Assembly (NCBI GenBank): GCA_002773535.1
Contig: PFAZ01000001.1
Span: forward strand, 241,579 to 305,578
Source of the DNA: Candidatus Harrisonbacteria bacterium CG10_big_fil_rev_8_21_14_0_10_40_38
GTDB lineage: Bacteria; Patescibacteriota; Minisyncoccia; UBA6257; 1-14-0-10-40-38
Length of the DNA stretch: 64,000 nucleotides
Direction of reading: 5' to 3'
In this document: positions 27,680 through 40,096 of the stretch, one piece after another
Layout of the letters: every line of letters begins with the position of its first letter
Numbering within the stretch: the stretch's first letter is position 1
The notes under the pieces: model-generated
The model's input: the letters and a program-made list of their open reading frames with translations, nothing else
Told to the model about the DNA's origin: nothing
The model's database searches: none
Program-made: the position numbers and the translations under genes

Positions 27680-28129
27680 ATGCTTCTCAAAATCCCCTAC
27701 GAAAAACAAAAGAACGAATATTTCTGCGGGCCTGCAACTCTTGCAATGTGTTTAAAATATTTCGGTAAAGATATTTCACAGGAAGAGCTCGCTATCATTG
27801 CAAAAACAACCGAAAAAGAAGGTACTGCAAATAGAGAAATGCTAAATGCCATTTTAGAGAGTGGTCTTATTGGTGTTACAAAAAAACGCGCACGCATAAA
27901 AAACGTTAAAAATTCAATCCGAAAAAAAAGACCAGTAATAGTAAATTACACAGAACCGGAAGGTGGCATAGGCCATTACGCAATTCCTATTGGAATAAAA
28001 AACGGGAAAATTATTCTCGCCGATCCTTGGCATGGACCAAAATTTCAAATTAACCAAAATCAATTCAAAAAACTTTGGTTAAACAACTCAAAAAAATCAC
28101 CTCGTTGGATGCTCAAAGTTATAAAATAA
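27680..28129 (+). CDS. C39-family cysteine peptidase (tandem paralog)
   Basis: QKNEYFCGPA, GHY, ADPWHG. Confidence 0.85.
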   Translation: MLLKIPYEKQKNEYFCGPATLAMCLKYFGKDISQEELAIIAKTTEKEGTANREMLNAILESGLIGVTKKRARIKNVKNSIRKKRPVIVNYTEPEGGIGHYAIPIGIKNGKIILADPWHGPKFQINQNQFKKLWLNNSKKSPRWMLKVIK

Positions 28130-28132
28130 CTT

Positions 28133-28669
28133 CTAATCTATAAACCCAAGTTCACGAAACGCAAAAGCATAAGTCCTCACTATCGCAACAGCCTCCTCTT
28201 TTGTAAGAGCAAAGCCTGAATCTCCTTGTATCCGCTCGCGAAACATATGCGCCTGACGCAAGGCATCAACATTAGAAAGCGTTCCTGGTTCTACAAACAT
28301 AAGCCTCTCATGGACATTTGCACCTCGGTATCCACCAAGTAAAAGCAATTCGCCAAGAATTTTATCACAATCAATAACAGCCTTTCCCCAATCCTTTGAG
28401 TCAGACGAGTGAAGTTTTTTTAAAACATCTCTCCATATACGTAGAGATCTTCTATGAAACAGACTCGCAACGCCAAAGGTATCTGTCCATTCATCAATCC
28501 GCGAAGAAAGCCATTTCATCTTCACCAACAAATAAATAATGGCGTAAAGAAAAAACGCGCTGATTATAAATGATACAAATTTTATTGTAGGCAGTGCCGG
28601 CACAAAGTATCCAGCTAAAAACCCACGCAAATCAAGCAAGGCCTGAAGAATTGTATCTAAAAAAGTCAT
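28133..28669 (-). CDS. Membrane-anchored hypothetical protein
   Basis: N-terminal TM then helical domain; downstream of gatA. Confidence 0.75.
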   Translation of the reverse strand: MTFLDTILQALLDLRGFLAGYFVPALPTIKFVSFIISAFFLYAIIYLLVKMKWLSSRIDEWTDTFGVASLFHRRSLRIWRDVLKKLHSSDSKDWGKAVIDCDKILGELLLLGGYRGANVHERLMFVEPGTLSNVDALRQAHMFRERIQGDSGFALTKEEAVAIVRTYAFAFRELGFID

Positions 28670-28788
28670 ATTTCAATAATACAACCACAGCAACTCACTT
28701 GCCAGACGCCTCAAATCCACAAACCCCCAAAACACTTCTCAAATTGTTCTTGTCCTATCACATTTAACATTCTACCTTCCACATTCTA

Positions 28789-30258
28789 CTAGCTTAGCTT
28801 TTCATAAAACTGACCCAAGCCCAAAATATCCGCTTCACAAAACTGCTTTCCGATAAGTTGAAAACCGACAGGTAATCCCGCGCCGGTTCCTGGTAAACTG
28901 CTATTCACCGGTATAGAAACAGCAGGGAGACCTGCTAGATTCGCAGGGATCGTAAAAATATCAGACAAATACATCGAAAGCGGATCCTGTGCCTTCTCTC
29001 CAATTTTAAATGCAGTGGTTGGCGTTGTTGGAGCAAAAATGACATCAACAGATTTAAATACTTCATCAAAATCCTGCTTGATAAGTCTTCTTACTTTTTG
29101 TGCCTTTGTGTAGTAAGCATCATAATACCCGGACGACAAAACAAAAGTACCGATAAGATTTCTTCTCTTTGGTTCTGGACCAAACCCATAACTTCTATTT
29201 TTCAAATAAATATCCGCAAGTTTTAAGCCTTCAGTTTTTTGTTTCAAGTCTTTCCCATACCTCAGTCCATCAAACCGCGCCAAGTTAGCACTCGCCTCCG
29301 CCGGTAAAATAATATAATAAACAGAAAGCGCATATTTTGTATGAGGCAATGAAATTTTTGTAAAAGAAACCCCAAGACTCTCAAGTTTTCGTTTTGCCAC
29401 CTCAAGACCTTCTGCAACCTCCGAAGAAAGATCTCCCGTAAAATACTCCTCAGGTATACCAACTCTAAGTTTTTTTATATCCTCAAGTTTTGGTTCCAAG
29501 AGTTCCGAGCCATAGACAGGCGGACAAGATGTGCTATCCAATGAATCTTTCTTCGCAATTTCAGAAAACACAATTGCAGAATCCCTAACAGTTCTTGTAA
29601 AAGGACCAATTTGATCCAAGCTTGATGCGAGAGCAATTAGCCCAAATCTTGAAACAGCTCCGTAAGTGGTTTTCAAACCCACAACACCGCAAAGAGCCGC
29701 TGGTTGACGAATCGATCCACCGGTATCAGATCCAAGTGAAGCAAGAGCAAAATGCGCAGCAACCGCCGCCGCAGACCCCCCAGAAGAACCTCCTGTTACC
29801 CTTGTCGTATCGTGCGGGTTTCTGGAAACCTGAAATGCAGAGTTTTCGGTCGATGAACCCATCGCAAATTCATCCAAGTTTGTTTTACCCAAAAAAACCG
29901 CTTTAGATTTTTTCAAAAAAGAAATAACCGTCGAGTCATACGCTGCCTTATAATTTTCCAAAATCCTTGACCCGGCAGTCGCCTGTTCTCCTTTTATAAG
30001 AATATTGTCTTTTATAGCCATTGGGACACCCGCAAGCAAACTGATCTCCTCACCTCTTTCAACAGCCAAGTCGGCTTCTTCAGCCTGTTTAAATGCCAGA
30101 TCCTTAGTGAGATTAAGAAAAGCTCTTATCTCATGATCCTTATCCTCAATGCGTGCAAAATAATCATGAACAACATCAAGAGCCCGAAATTCTTTATTAA
30201 CGAGCCCCTCATGAAATTTATCAATAGTAAGGTTGTGTAAATACATAAATCTACTCAA
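28789..30258 (-). CDS. gatA: Asp/Glu-tRNA amidotransferase subunit A
   Basis: KTNLDEFAMGSSTENS, GGSSGGSAAAV, SDTGGSIRQPA. Confidence 0.98.
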   Translation of the reverse strand: MSRFMYLHNLTIDKFHEGLVNKEFRALDVVHDYFARIEDKDHEIRAFLNLTKDLAFKQAEEADLAVERGEEISLLAGVPMAIKDNILIKGEQATAGSRILENYKAAYDSTVISFLKKSKAVFLGKTNLDEFAMGSSTENSAFQVSRNPHDTTRVTGGSSGGSAAAVAAHFALASLGSDTGGSIRQPAALCGVVGLKTTYGAVSRFGLIALASSLDQIGPFTRTVRDSAIVFSEIAKKDSLDSTSCPPVYGSELLEPKLEDIKKLRVGIPEEYFTGDLSSEVAEGLEVAKRKLESLGVSFTKISLPHTKYALSVYYIILPAEASANLARFDGLRYGKDLKQKTEGLKLADIYLKNRSYGFGPEPKRRNLIGTFVLSSGYYDAYYTKAQKVRRLIKQDFDEVFKSVDVIFAPTTPTTAFKIGEKAQDPLSMYLSDIFTIPANLAGLPAVSIPVNSSLPGTGAGLPVGFQLIGKQFCEADILGLGQFYEKLS

Positions 30259-30541
30259 ATACTGGCGGTATTTTCAGATATCCCCCCTCGCGCTCTCTAA
30301 ACATCTCTACAAGCCCATCTGCACCCAAAGCATCTGTTTCAGGCTCATCTTCTCGAAATACATTTCTTTGTGATGTCCCTCCGCCCATTGGTAAAACCGA
30401 GTCAGTATTAACTTCATTAAGCTCAGCAAAGTGATCCAAAATTTTTTTAAGATCAGAAAGAAGTGACTGCTTTTCATCTGCAGTAAGATCAATTCTTATA
30501 AGCCCCGCCAAATGTTCTAAGTGTTTTTCATCAAGTGTCAT
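30251..30541 (-). CDS. gatC: Asp/Glu-tRNA amidotransferase subunit C
   Basis: EHLAGLIRI...L.EVNT...NVFRED; directly upstream of gatA. Confidence 0.92.
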   Translation of the reverse strand: MTLDEKHLEHLAGLIRIDLTADEKQSLLSDLKKILDHFAELNEVNTDSVLPMGGGTSQRNVFREDEPETDALGADGLVEMFREREGGYLKIPPVFE

Positions 30542-30646
30542 CGAAAAAAAGTATAGCATTACTTACTAAATTGAGGAAATTTGACTAAAAATTAGATAAA
30601 AATTAACATGCAAAAAGCACCACAAACCTGACCCTAGGAGGCAAAA

Positions 30647-30847
30647 ATGCTTTTCTGGATAACTATTGGTTATTGTATTGTCACAATCGCTGCAGGACTA
30701 TTTTTTCAACTGAAAGAAAGTAAACATGAAAAAATGTCGATTACGTCCAGACTAATCGCAGCCTTACTTTACCCAATTTTGATTCCAATGATCATTGCAA
30801 TGATAACTTACGCCTCAATAAAGGACCGAAAAATAAAAAAGAAGTAA
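30647..30847 (+). CDS. Small two-TM protein
   Basis: aggagg SD, TTGACT promoter upstream, terminator downstream. Confidence 0.6.
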   Translation: MLFWITIGYCIVTIAAGLFFQLKESKHEKMSITSRLIAALLYPILIPMIIAMITYASIKDRKIKKK

Positions 30848-30895
30848 ATATCAAAACCAACAATCCCGCCTACAGATATCCTGTCGGCGGTTTCT

Positions 30896-32953
<2,058 letters not shown>

Positions 32954-32991
32954 TCATTCTACCGCAAATAGAGCCAAAAATGCTATAAAAC

Positions 32992-33516
32992 CTAGCGAAA
33001 TGTAGCCTCAAAAGCTCTAGCTACTCTGTCAGAACGGCCAACTGATTTTATACACGTAACATTACTCGGATCAGTATTATCTGGACGATGATCATTCTGT
33101 TTACATCTTCCAAGATTATTGCTTATCACATTTTGATACGCCGCTCCGTCATAAAACGGCGGCACGCCAGAAGAGTCACCTGCTTTTGCATTCACACAAA
33201 CCGGATGATTGGGGTCAGGATTCCCAGAACCATCTTGACATCTAAAAACCCAAAAATATCCTCTTTCTAATCCGGCATCCGCCGCAAAAATAGCCTGAGC
33301 AGAATTAATTATTTTTGTCGCCTGCGCAAGTTGAGTGACCATAAGATATCCGGCGATAACCGTAACAGATAGAAATGCTGCTGAAATAAAAACCACTGTA
33401 ATAAGCATCGCCTGACCGTCTTTTTGACTAAAAACTTTAAACCCTAAACTGCGAACACAAGATATATCTTTTTTTAGTACTTTTTTTAGCTCTAAACTTC
33501 TATTAAGTATTTTCAT
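32992..33516 (-). CDS. PilX-like minor pilin
   Basis: GQAMLITVV hydrophobic helix without E5, AIFAADAGLE. Confidence 0.75.
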   Translation of the reverse strand: MKILNRSLELKKVLKKDISCVRSLGFKVFSQKDGQAMLITVVFISAAFLSVTVIAGYLMVTQLAQATKIINSAQAIFAADAGLERGYFWVFRCQDGSGNPDPNHPVCVNAKAGDSSGVPPFYDGAAYQNVISNNLGRCKQNDHRPDNTDPSNVTCIKSVGRSDRVARAFEATFR

Positions 33517-33537
33517 ATTTTAGGTCCTAAGTCGAAT

Positions 33538-34134
33538 TTAAAATTCTCTAGCACTAATTGTTGTCTGAATATCAGTAAACACCCCATTTAAGGCATCTCT
33601 TTCCATTTTGGTACCAACCTGCATAATCATTGTAATTCTAGGAGGCCACGGACCATTACCCAAAATCTTGTCCTCTAGCAAAAATCCAAATCTCGTAATA
33701 CGAACATTAAACTCGCTGGTTATCGGCAAAAATCTACCCTCAGTGTCACTTCTTCTCTCAATAACTTCGTTATTTACCCTATAAACTATTTGCTCCCCGT
33801 GAGCATTTTCGAACATAAGACGAGCCCCACTAGCAGGATTTGCGGGATCACATACCCAACTATTTCCTTGTTGGATCGGAATACAAAAATTTATTCCCGT
33901 TCTTAACTCTCTCGCTATTTGTTCCAAAACAAGACTAGCATTATCATTTGCGGTCATAAGAGCCATGATCCTTCTCTGCGCTCTTAATGAACCTATAAAA
34001 ATATTACTTATAAGACCAATGAGTATCGCAAAAACAGTCATCGACACAAGAAGTTCAACTATTGTAAAACCCCTCCTCTTTCGAGCAAAGATTTTTCCAT
34101 CAAATAACTTATTTTTTAAAAACTTAAATTTCAT
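33538..34134 (-). CDS. PilW-like minor pilin
   Basis: RGFTIVELLV; LEQIARELR. Confidence 0.85.
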   Translation of the reverse strand: MKFKFLKNKLFDGKIFARKRRGFTIVELLVSMTVFAILIGLISNIFIGSLRAQRRIMALMTANDNASLVLEQIARELRTGINFCIPIQQGNSWVCDPANPASGARLMFENAHGEQIVYRVNNEVIERRSDTEGRFLPITSEFNVRITRFGFLLEDKILGNGPWPPRITMIMQVGTKMERDALNGVFTDIQTTISAREF

Positions 34135-34137
34135 AAA

Positions 34138-34812
34138 TTATGGAGTTCTCCATGGCAAAAAATGATCCTGTAACTGCACAAAATACTTCCCACCTCTACT
34201 TTCCCAGCCAACAGCTGATGTCACACTATAGTCCAAGTCATTCCCCGTCCCATTGTATGGATCATAAACAATTACTATTCTTTTAAACCTAGTATCAACA
34301 CCTCCAACGTCGTTTGAATAAAGACCGAAATTATTTATTTTAAGATATCTCACCGCATTACAACTGGTTAATATATCCTCTACCACAGCCTGCGTCGGAG
34401 GCCCACCGCTATATTGCGGACAAGAAATGGCATTAAGCGAGGTGTCGTTATAATCAACAAGATAAAGTCCCGCAGGAATTCCACCAGCAACTCCACTTCC
34501 CCATCCATAAAAATTACCCGAACCATTCTGATGAACTAAAAGATAGCTCCTATCATAGAAATTTTTAACAACCTCAATTCCCTCAGCGGCAAGATAAGCA
34601 CCAACATGAGAATCAGCATTTACCCTGTTTAAACCCAATGACTTACTAACCAGAGTCAAAATCCCTAAAACAGCAACAATTACGGCTGATACTGAAATCA
34701 TAAGCTCAATAATCGAAATCCCATCCTTATTTCTTATTTTTTCTCGCAAACAAAAACTAAACATATTATTGCAAGGTTTGGCATGAAATATTTTTTTGCG
34801 TAACCTGACCAA
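34138..34812 (-). CDS. PilV-like minor pilin
   Basis: GISIIELMI; LAAEGIEVVKN; start uncertain. Confidence 0.8.
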   Translation of the reverse strand: MVRLRKKIFHAKPCNNMFSFCLREKIRNKDGISIIELMISVSAVIVAVLGILTLVSKSLGLNRVNADSHVGAYLAAEGIEVVKNFYDRSYLLVHQNGSGNFYGWGSGVAGGIPAGLYLVDYNDTSLNAISCPQYSGGPPTQAVVEDILTSCNAVRYLKINNFGLYSNDVGGVDTRFKRIVIVYDPYNGTGNDLDYSVTSAVGWESRGGKYFVQLQDHFLPWRTP

Positions 34813-35476
34813 ATTTATTTATCTTTATCCTCGAACACCTGCTTTCATCCAAAAGACTAAGAATTATGTACGCCTCTGTATGGTTAAGGGTATCGCTTTG
34901 AGAAGTAAGAGCAACTGTTGGGTCAGGCGGCTGAAAAACTACGCTCATCTCACCCAAACCACCCGGACACGCAAGATTATCTAAACTCAAACACTTTATC
35001 CTAACAGAAGGAGGTAAGATAAAATCTTGCAACCTCTGGTCAGGTCCTCCAAACTCACCATCGTACCTACCAATTCTCGGGTCATTCAGGTCACACCCAA
35101 CAAAACCGCTAGCCGACAAATCTCTAAACAAAGCAAACCCCTGAGGATCATTTCTGCCAAGCAGAGATCTATGTACATACACACCCCAGCCGCATACAAG
35201 TTCCTGCGGTGTATTCGGTGGAAACTGTGTCGGCTGAAAGGTTTCGAGCGAAGAAGCTTTTGCTCTAAGTAGCGTACTTAAAAAAAGTGAAGTCTGATTA
35301 TAAAAAACAATCTGGTCATCAGATTTTCTGGAATACACAAGCAGTATGGATGTAAAAATAACCGTTATCGAAATAACAACAATAAGCTCAACGAGAGTAA
35401 ATCCTTTTTTTGAACTAAATTTTTTCTCTAAAAATTTAAATCTCACAAATAATTTAATTTTATGGAAATAAAGCAA
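34766..35476 (-). CDS. FimT/GspH-like minor pilin
   Basis: KGFTLVELIVV; C-terminal IKINKFGQV; start uncertain. Confidence 0.8.
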   Translation of the reverse strand: MLYFHKIKLFVRFKFLEKKFSSKKGFTLVELIVVISITVIFTSILLVYSRKSDDQIVFYNQTSLFLSTLLRAKASSLETFQPTQFPPNTPQELVCGWGVYVHRSLLGRNDPQGFALFRDLSASGFVGCDLNDPRIGRYDGEFGGPDQRLQDFILPPSVRIKCLSLDNLACPGGLGEMSVVFQPPDPTVALTSQSDTLNHTEAYIILSLLDESRCSRIKINKFGQVTQKNISCQTLQ

Positions 35477-36350
35477 AGTATCCGTTAATTATATCAACCC
35501 CAAAAAACACGATCATAAGCGTCCCGGTAACAATAAAAGGACCAAAAGGCACCTTTGAAGAAAATTTTTTCTCCTTTTGCACCATCATAAGTATACTCCA
35601 AATAGAACCTGTAATGAATGCAAGAGCAAGCGCCAAAATAAGATCAGGCCAACCTAAAAGAAAACCAAGCGCTCCGGCGAGCTTAACATCACCCATCCCC
35701 ATCCCTCTTCCTTTGGTAAAAACCACTATTAGACCAAAAAATAAAATCCCAACAAAAACCGCAAATATTCTATTCCCCGCAACAGATGAATGAAACCCAA
35801 AAAGCGAAGCATAATGACTAACAAACGAACCCATAAAAGGACCAAAAGACCCAAGAAAATAAATACACACAGAGGTAGCAATACCGATAAGCATGATTAA
35901 AAGATTGCTCTGATCAGGAATAATAAAAGTTCTTGCATCAACGGCTGCAATAAAAATCAAAGTAAGGATCGCCAACCCAAACAACAAGTACAAAGCCCAT
36001 GTTAAAAACAACACCCAAAAACCGGAAATAGCTAAAAATTGAAAATTAAAAGCATCTGAAACAACATTTAGTAGAAACATCATAGAAAGACCAGAAGATA
36101 ACTCAACAATCGGGTACTGCAAAGAAAGTTTTGTCTTGCAGATTCTGCACTTACCTCTAAGAAGTAAAAAACTTAAAACTGGAACCATTTCAAAAAATCT
36201 AATCACCCTTCCACACGAAGAACAATGAGACCTCCCTAAAATCCGCCTTGAAAAAATAGGCTTTTCCGGATCATATCGAAGTGCTAAAACATTTATAAAA
36301 CTCCCAAAAGAGACCCCTAAAAGCAAAAGAAAAAATTGCAAAAGTGTCAT
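35460..36350 (-). CDS. pilD: Prepilin peptidase
   Basis: GSFINV, RSHCSSC...RGKCRIC, QYPIVE, GMGMGDVKL, PFGPF. Confidence 0.95.
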   Translation of the reverse strand: MTLLQFFLLLLGVSFGSFINVLALRYDPEKPIFSRRILGRSHCSSCGRVIRFFEMVPVLSFLLLRGKCRICKTKLSLQYPIVELSSGLSMMFLLNVVSDAFNFQFLAISGFWVLFLTWALYLLFGLAILTLIFIAAVDARTFIIPDQSNLLIMLIGIATSVCIYFLGSFGPFMGSFVSHYASLFGFHSSVAGNRIFAVFVGILFFGLIVVFTKGRGMGMGDVKLAGALGFLLGWPDLILALALAFITGSIWSILMMVQKEKKFSSKVPFGPFIVTGTLMIVFFGVDIINGYFALFP

Positions 36351-36356
36351 ATTAAG

Positions 36357-37007
36357 CTATCTCTGAAATACACATTCTGTATTTCCAATACAATATGACT
36401 TACTAGTATCATCACACTGCCAACCAGCCGGAAAAATAGTTTTATCATTTTGACCAGGATTTCCACCAGGAAAACCAGGTTTATTTCTTTTACTCTCCGG
36501 ATTGCTTCCATCACCAATAATATCAACATTATCAAGTTCACCAGCGCCGCTAAGCAACCTACTATCCGACTCAAAAGTCGCCTTCAATATATAGCACTGT
36601 GCCCTCGGCTGAAGACCATCTTTTAATTGAACATAATACCCATAAGTACGCGACTGAAGCGGATCTCTCGGAATAGAATCCACTCCTATTTTCGCTACGC
36701 TAAAAGTATTTTCCAATTCAACCCAGTTATCAGGATTAGTAGCTGAAGGATTTCCATCATTTATACCACCAACACAATGAGAAGGCGTTGCTGAAGGATC
36801 ATATCCACCAGGATAAAAACCGCACTTATTTTTAAAAAGCTCTAGCGCCTGTTGCACGATCTGAAGATCAACAACGCGCCTATTATCCCTCACCTGAGAA
36901 CGAGCACCTGTAAGTCCAATGATCAAAAAAGATGCAAGGATACCAATAATACCGAGTACTACTAACATCTCAACCAACGTAAAACCAGTTTCCTTACTAT
37001 TTTTCAT
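36357..37007 (-). CDS. Type IV pilin (paralog 2)
   Basis: GFTLVEMLVV; RDNRR..DL..VQQALELF; PRDP. Confidence 0.9.
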   Translation of the reverse strand: MKNSKETGFTLVEMLVVLGIIGILASFLIIGLTGARSQVRDNRRVVDLQIVQQALELFKNKCGFYPGGYDPSATPSHCVGGINDGNPSATNPDNWVELENTFSVAKIGVDSIPRDPLQSRTYGYYVQLKDGLQPRAQCYILKATFESDSRLLSGAGELDNVDIIGDGSNPESKRNKPGFPGGNPGQNDKTIFPAGWQCDDTSKSYCIGNTECVFQR

Positions 37008-37078
37008 AAATTACAAACTAATTATAAACGAAAAGAACCAGTTTTTACACCGGTCCCTTTCAAATACAAACCTAAACC

Positions 37079-37594
37079 CTACAAAGAAACGCAATAGTAC
37101 CAGTTTGGATTTGTCTCAGGAGTTGCACCACACAATACTCCATTACTAGTTCCATCAATATCATCCTTTAGAGCCTGATTATCACTCTCAAGCCAAGCAC
37201 CAATAGTATATTTCTGCCTACCGATTCCTGGGGATGTATCAACGCCGTACTGATAATTTCTATCAGTGCTATTTGGATCTTTTGGAAGATTTGAAACTCC
37301 AACAGAAGCACCTGTTATAGCAGAAGTAAGAACAGTCCAGTCGTTTGGATCAGTATATGCACCAGGAGTTGGATTTCCGGCGTCAATACACGCCGCACCT
37401 CCCGGATAATGACCACACTTATTAAAGTACAACTCCAAAGCACTTTGCACCTGTCTTACGTCACCAATCCTTCTTGCGTCTCTTCCTGCTTGCCTTGCTC
37501 CACCAAGTGATACAAGAAGCGCAGCAGCGAGAATACCAATAATCGCAATAACGATTAGAAGCTCAATAAGTGTAAAACCTTTTCTTTTTGTCAT
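37079..37594 (-). CDS. Type IV pilin, probable major pilin
   Basis: KGFTLIELLIVIAIIGILA; RDARR..D..QSALELY; LPKDP; own promoter and long leader. Confidence 0.92.
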   Translation of the reverse strand: MTKRKGFTLIELLIVIAIIGILAAALLVSLGGARQAGRDARRIGDVRQVQSALELYFNKCGHYPGGAACIDAGNPTPGAYTDPNDWTVLTSAITGASVGVSNLPKDPNSTDRNYQYGVDTSPGIGRQKYTIGAWLESDNQALKDDIDGTSNGVLCGATPETNPNWYYCVSL

Positions 37595-37785
37595 TCTGAA
37601 AATTTTAAATTAACTGACAACTGACGACTCGCGGCCATGGCGTACGCGATTCCAATTAAGTTCAATAGTCGTCAACTGTAAGATTAATCAAAAAAAAATT
37701 ACTCGACCTTTCTTTCATTGGTTACAACAAAATTATACCAAAACTCTAACCAATATAAAATCAAAGATACTCACAGTTATAAAAT

Positions 37786-38997
37786 CTATCGAATAACCTG
37801 AACAAGATTATAAATCGGAAGAAGTATCGCCGCAAAAAGAAACGCAACCATAATTCCAAGAAATACCATGATAACCGGCTGAATAAGCTCCGTGATATTT
37901 GAAACAACATTTTCAACCTCACGGCTATAAAAAGTACCAATACGAACAAACATCTCATCAACTTTTCCAGTCTGCTCACCCACAGTTATCATTTGGTTCA
38001 CTATCGGAGGGAAATAGGCTCCATATCGCGCAAAAGACTGTGACATGAGTTCTCCTCGCCTCACTCCTTCCGCAACATCATGAAGCATCTCACGGTAAAG
38101 TGCGCTACCTACAGTGTGTCCACCTATTTCAATTGCTTGCGCTATAGGTATGCCGCCTTTAATAAGAACACTTGCGATCTCGGCAAATCTTGCAACATAA
38201 AGTTTTTTAAAAAACTTTCCTAAAATCGGCGCGGTAAGAAGTATCTGGTCACGAATAGCCTGCCCCTCGTTGCTTCTTAGATAATCAATAAGAATTAACG
38301 TAAAAACAATAAAGAAAACAATTATCGCAATCCACCAGTTGTTTATAAAATTACCCAAAACTAGAAAAATCCTAGTAATAATTGGAAGATCAACTTCCGA
38401 CTCTTCAAACAAAGGCGCAATCTGTGGAAACACAACGCCGATTAGAATTCCGCCAACTATGACAGCTAAAACAACAATAAAAGCAGGGTAAATAAGGGCA
38501 TTTTTCACTTTACCCAAAATAACTAGTTGCCTTTCAAGGTAATCAGCAAGATAAACCATTGCCCTCTCGACACCACCGGTAACCTCTGCAGACTGAATAA
38601 GATTTATATAAAACTCAAAAAATATATCATCGTGCCTTGCCATCGCTTGCGAAAGTGTAAGCCCCGAATCAACATCATTTGAAATATCAACCAACGCCGC
38701 CCTAAGAGCGCTGTTTTCTGTCTGATAATAAAGCGCTTTCAAGGCATCATGGATAGATATTTTTGCCTCGAGCATTGTTGCAAACTGTCGGGTAAAAATA
38801 GCAAGATCCTTTTCCTTTACCCTATGAAGAAACCCAAACAAGCCCGTATACCAGGGTGCCTTTTTCGCTTTTTCGAGGCTTAGAATAAAAAGCCCATGAC
38901 TTGTAAGAACATTGAGGGCAGACTCTTTGTTTACTGCATCAACAAACCCTACCTGAAGCTCGCCCTGTTTTGTTCGCGCGCTATATCTGAACTTCAT
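37786..38997 (-). CDS. pilC: Type IV pilus platform protein
   Basis: FTRQFATML, NALIYP, VGEQTG, two T2SSF repeats. Confidence 0.93.
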   Translation of the reverse strand: MKFRYSARTKQGELQVGFVDAVNKESALNVLTSHGLFILSLEKAKKAPWYTGLFGFLHRVKEKDLAIFTRQFATMLEAKISIHDALKALYYQTENSALRAALVDISNDVDSGLTLSQAMARHDDIFFEFYINLIQSAEVTGGVERAMVYLADYLERQLVILGKVKNALIYPAFIVVLAVIVGGILIGVVFPQIAPLFEESEVDLPIITRIFLVLGNFINNWWIAIIVFFIVFTLILIDYLRSNEGQAIRDQILLTAPILGKFFKKLYVARFAEIASVLIKGGIPIAQAIEIGGHTVGSALYREMLHDVAEGVRRGELMSQSFARYGAYFPPIVNQMITVGEQTGKVDEMFVRIGTFYSREVENVVSNITELIQPVIMVFLGIMVAFLFAAILLPIYNLVQVIR

Positions 38998-39005
38998 AAT
39001 GAAAT

Positions 39006-40079
39006 TTAAACTCTATCTAAAAGAATACGCAATTCCGAAGGATTTAATGAATAAAGCTCCGCATTCTCAAGTGAAATCTGTTTTTGTTTCACAAGAGTAG
39101 ACAATGACCTATTAAGCGTAATCATGCCCTCCTGAAGCGAAGTCTCAATAACCAAATCTATTTGATATGCCTTTCTCTCACGAATAAGATTCCTGATTGC
39201 AGAATTAACCACCATGATTTCATATGCGGGAATCCTACCACCACCAACATGTGGAATAAGACGCAGTGAAACAATTCCCACAAGGGTTGCGGCAAGCTGA
39301 CTAGTCACCTGACCCTGCTGACCTGGTGGAAAGCTATCGATTATACGATCAATTGTTTGTGCAGCAGAGTTTGTGTGAAGTGTTGAAAAAACCAAGTGAC
39401 CTGTTTCAGCCGCAGTCATCGCAGTAGCGATAGACTCCGGATCTCGCATCTCGCCGATCATAACAACGTCCGGATCCTGTCTCAAAAGAGACCTCAAAGC
39501 ATTATGAAATGTCGGAGTATCCATCCTAACCTCACGCTGGGAAATAATTGACCTATCCTGAACAAACAAATATTCAATCGGATCTTCAACCGTAATTATG
39601 TGTTCTGTTCTCTTGTGATTTACTTCATCAACAATGGCAGCAAGAGCCGTAGATTTCCCATGGCCAGCAGGACCCACAAAAAGCACGAACCCTTGGGAAA
39701 TTTTTGTGAAATCATGAAGTATTGATGGCAGATTTAACTGTTCAATAGTTTTGATTTTTGTTGGAATCGTCCTAAGAGCAGCTGCATAAAATCCTTTTTG
39801 AAAAAAAACATTGACCCTAAAACGCGCCTTATCCTCAAGAGCATACGAAAGGTCAAGTTCTTTTTTTTCTAAAAACCTCTGCTTCTGCTCATCAGTCAAT
39901 ATAGACATTACAAGACCCTGAGCTATTTCAGGTGTTACAACCGGTTCCTGTTCAATTCCAACAAGGGCGCCGTCAATTCTGAGATTTGGTTTCTTCCCAA
40001 CAGCTATATGCAAATCCGAAGCATTCTGCCTAACAGCAGCGCTCATAAGTTCGTGAAATTTTTTCAAAAAATCATCCAT
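39006..40079 (-). CDS. pilT: Pilus retraction ATPase
   Basis: ASDLH, GPAGHGKST, AAETGHLVFSTLH, AIRNLIRE. Confidence 0.95.
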   Translation of the reverse strand: MDDFLKKFHELMSAAVRQNASDLHIAVGKKPNLRIDGALVGIEQEPVVTPEIAQGLVMSILTDEQKQRFLEKKELDLSYALEDKARFRVNVFFQKGFYAAALRTIPTKIKTIEQLNLPSILHDFTKISQGFVLFVGPAGHGKSTALAAIVDEVNHKRTEHIITVEDPIEYLFVQDRSIISQREVRMDTPTFHNALRSLLRQDPDVVMIGEMRDPESIATAMTAAETGHLVFSTLHTNSAAQTIDRIIDSFPPGQQGQVTSQLAATLVGIVSLRLIPHVGGGRIPAYEIMVVNSAIRNLIRERKAYQIDLVIETSLQEGMITLNRSLSTLVKQKQISLENAELYSLNPSELRILLDRV

Positions 40080-40096
40080 AAGATAAACAAATTATA

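Noticed and set aside
25380-28129. Extreme Lys/Asn richness of + strand proteins as a sign of foreign origin
   Set aside because: Explained by the window-wide A/C-rich + strand (replication skew), also seen in thrS and comF
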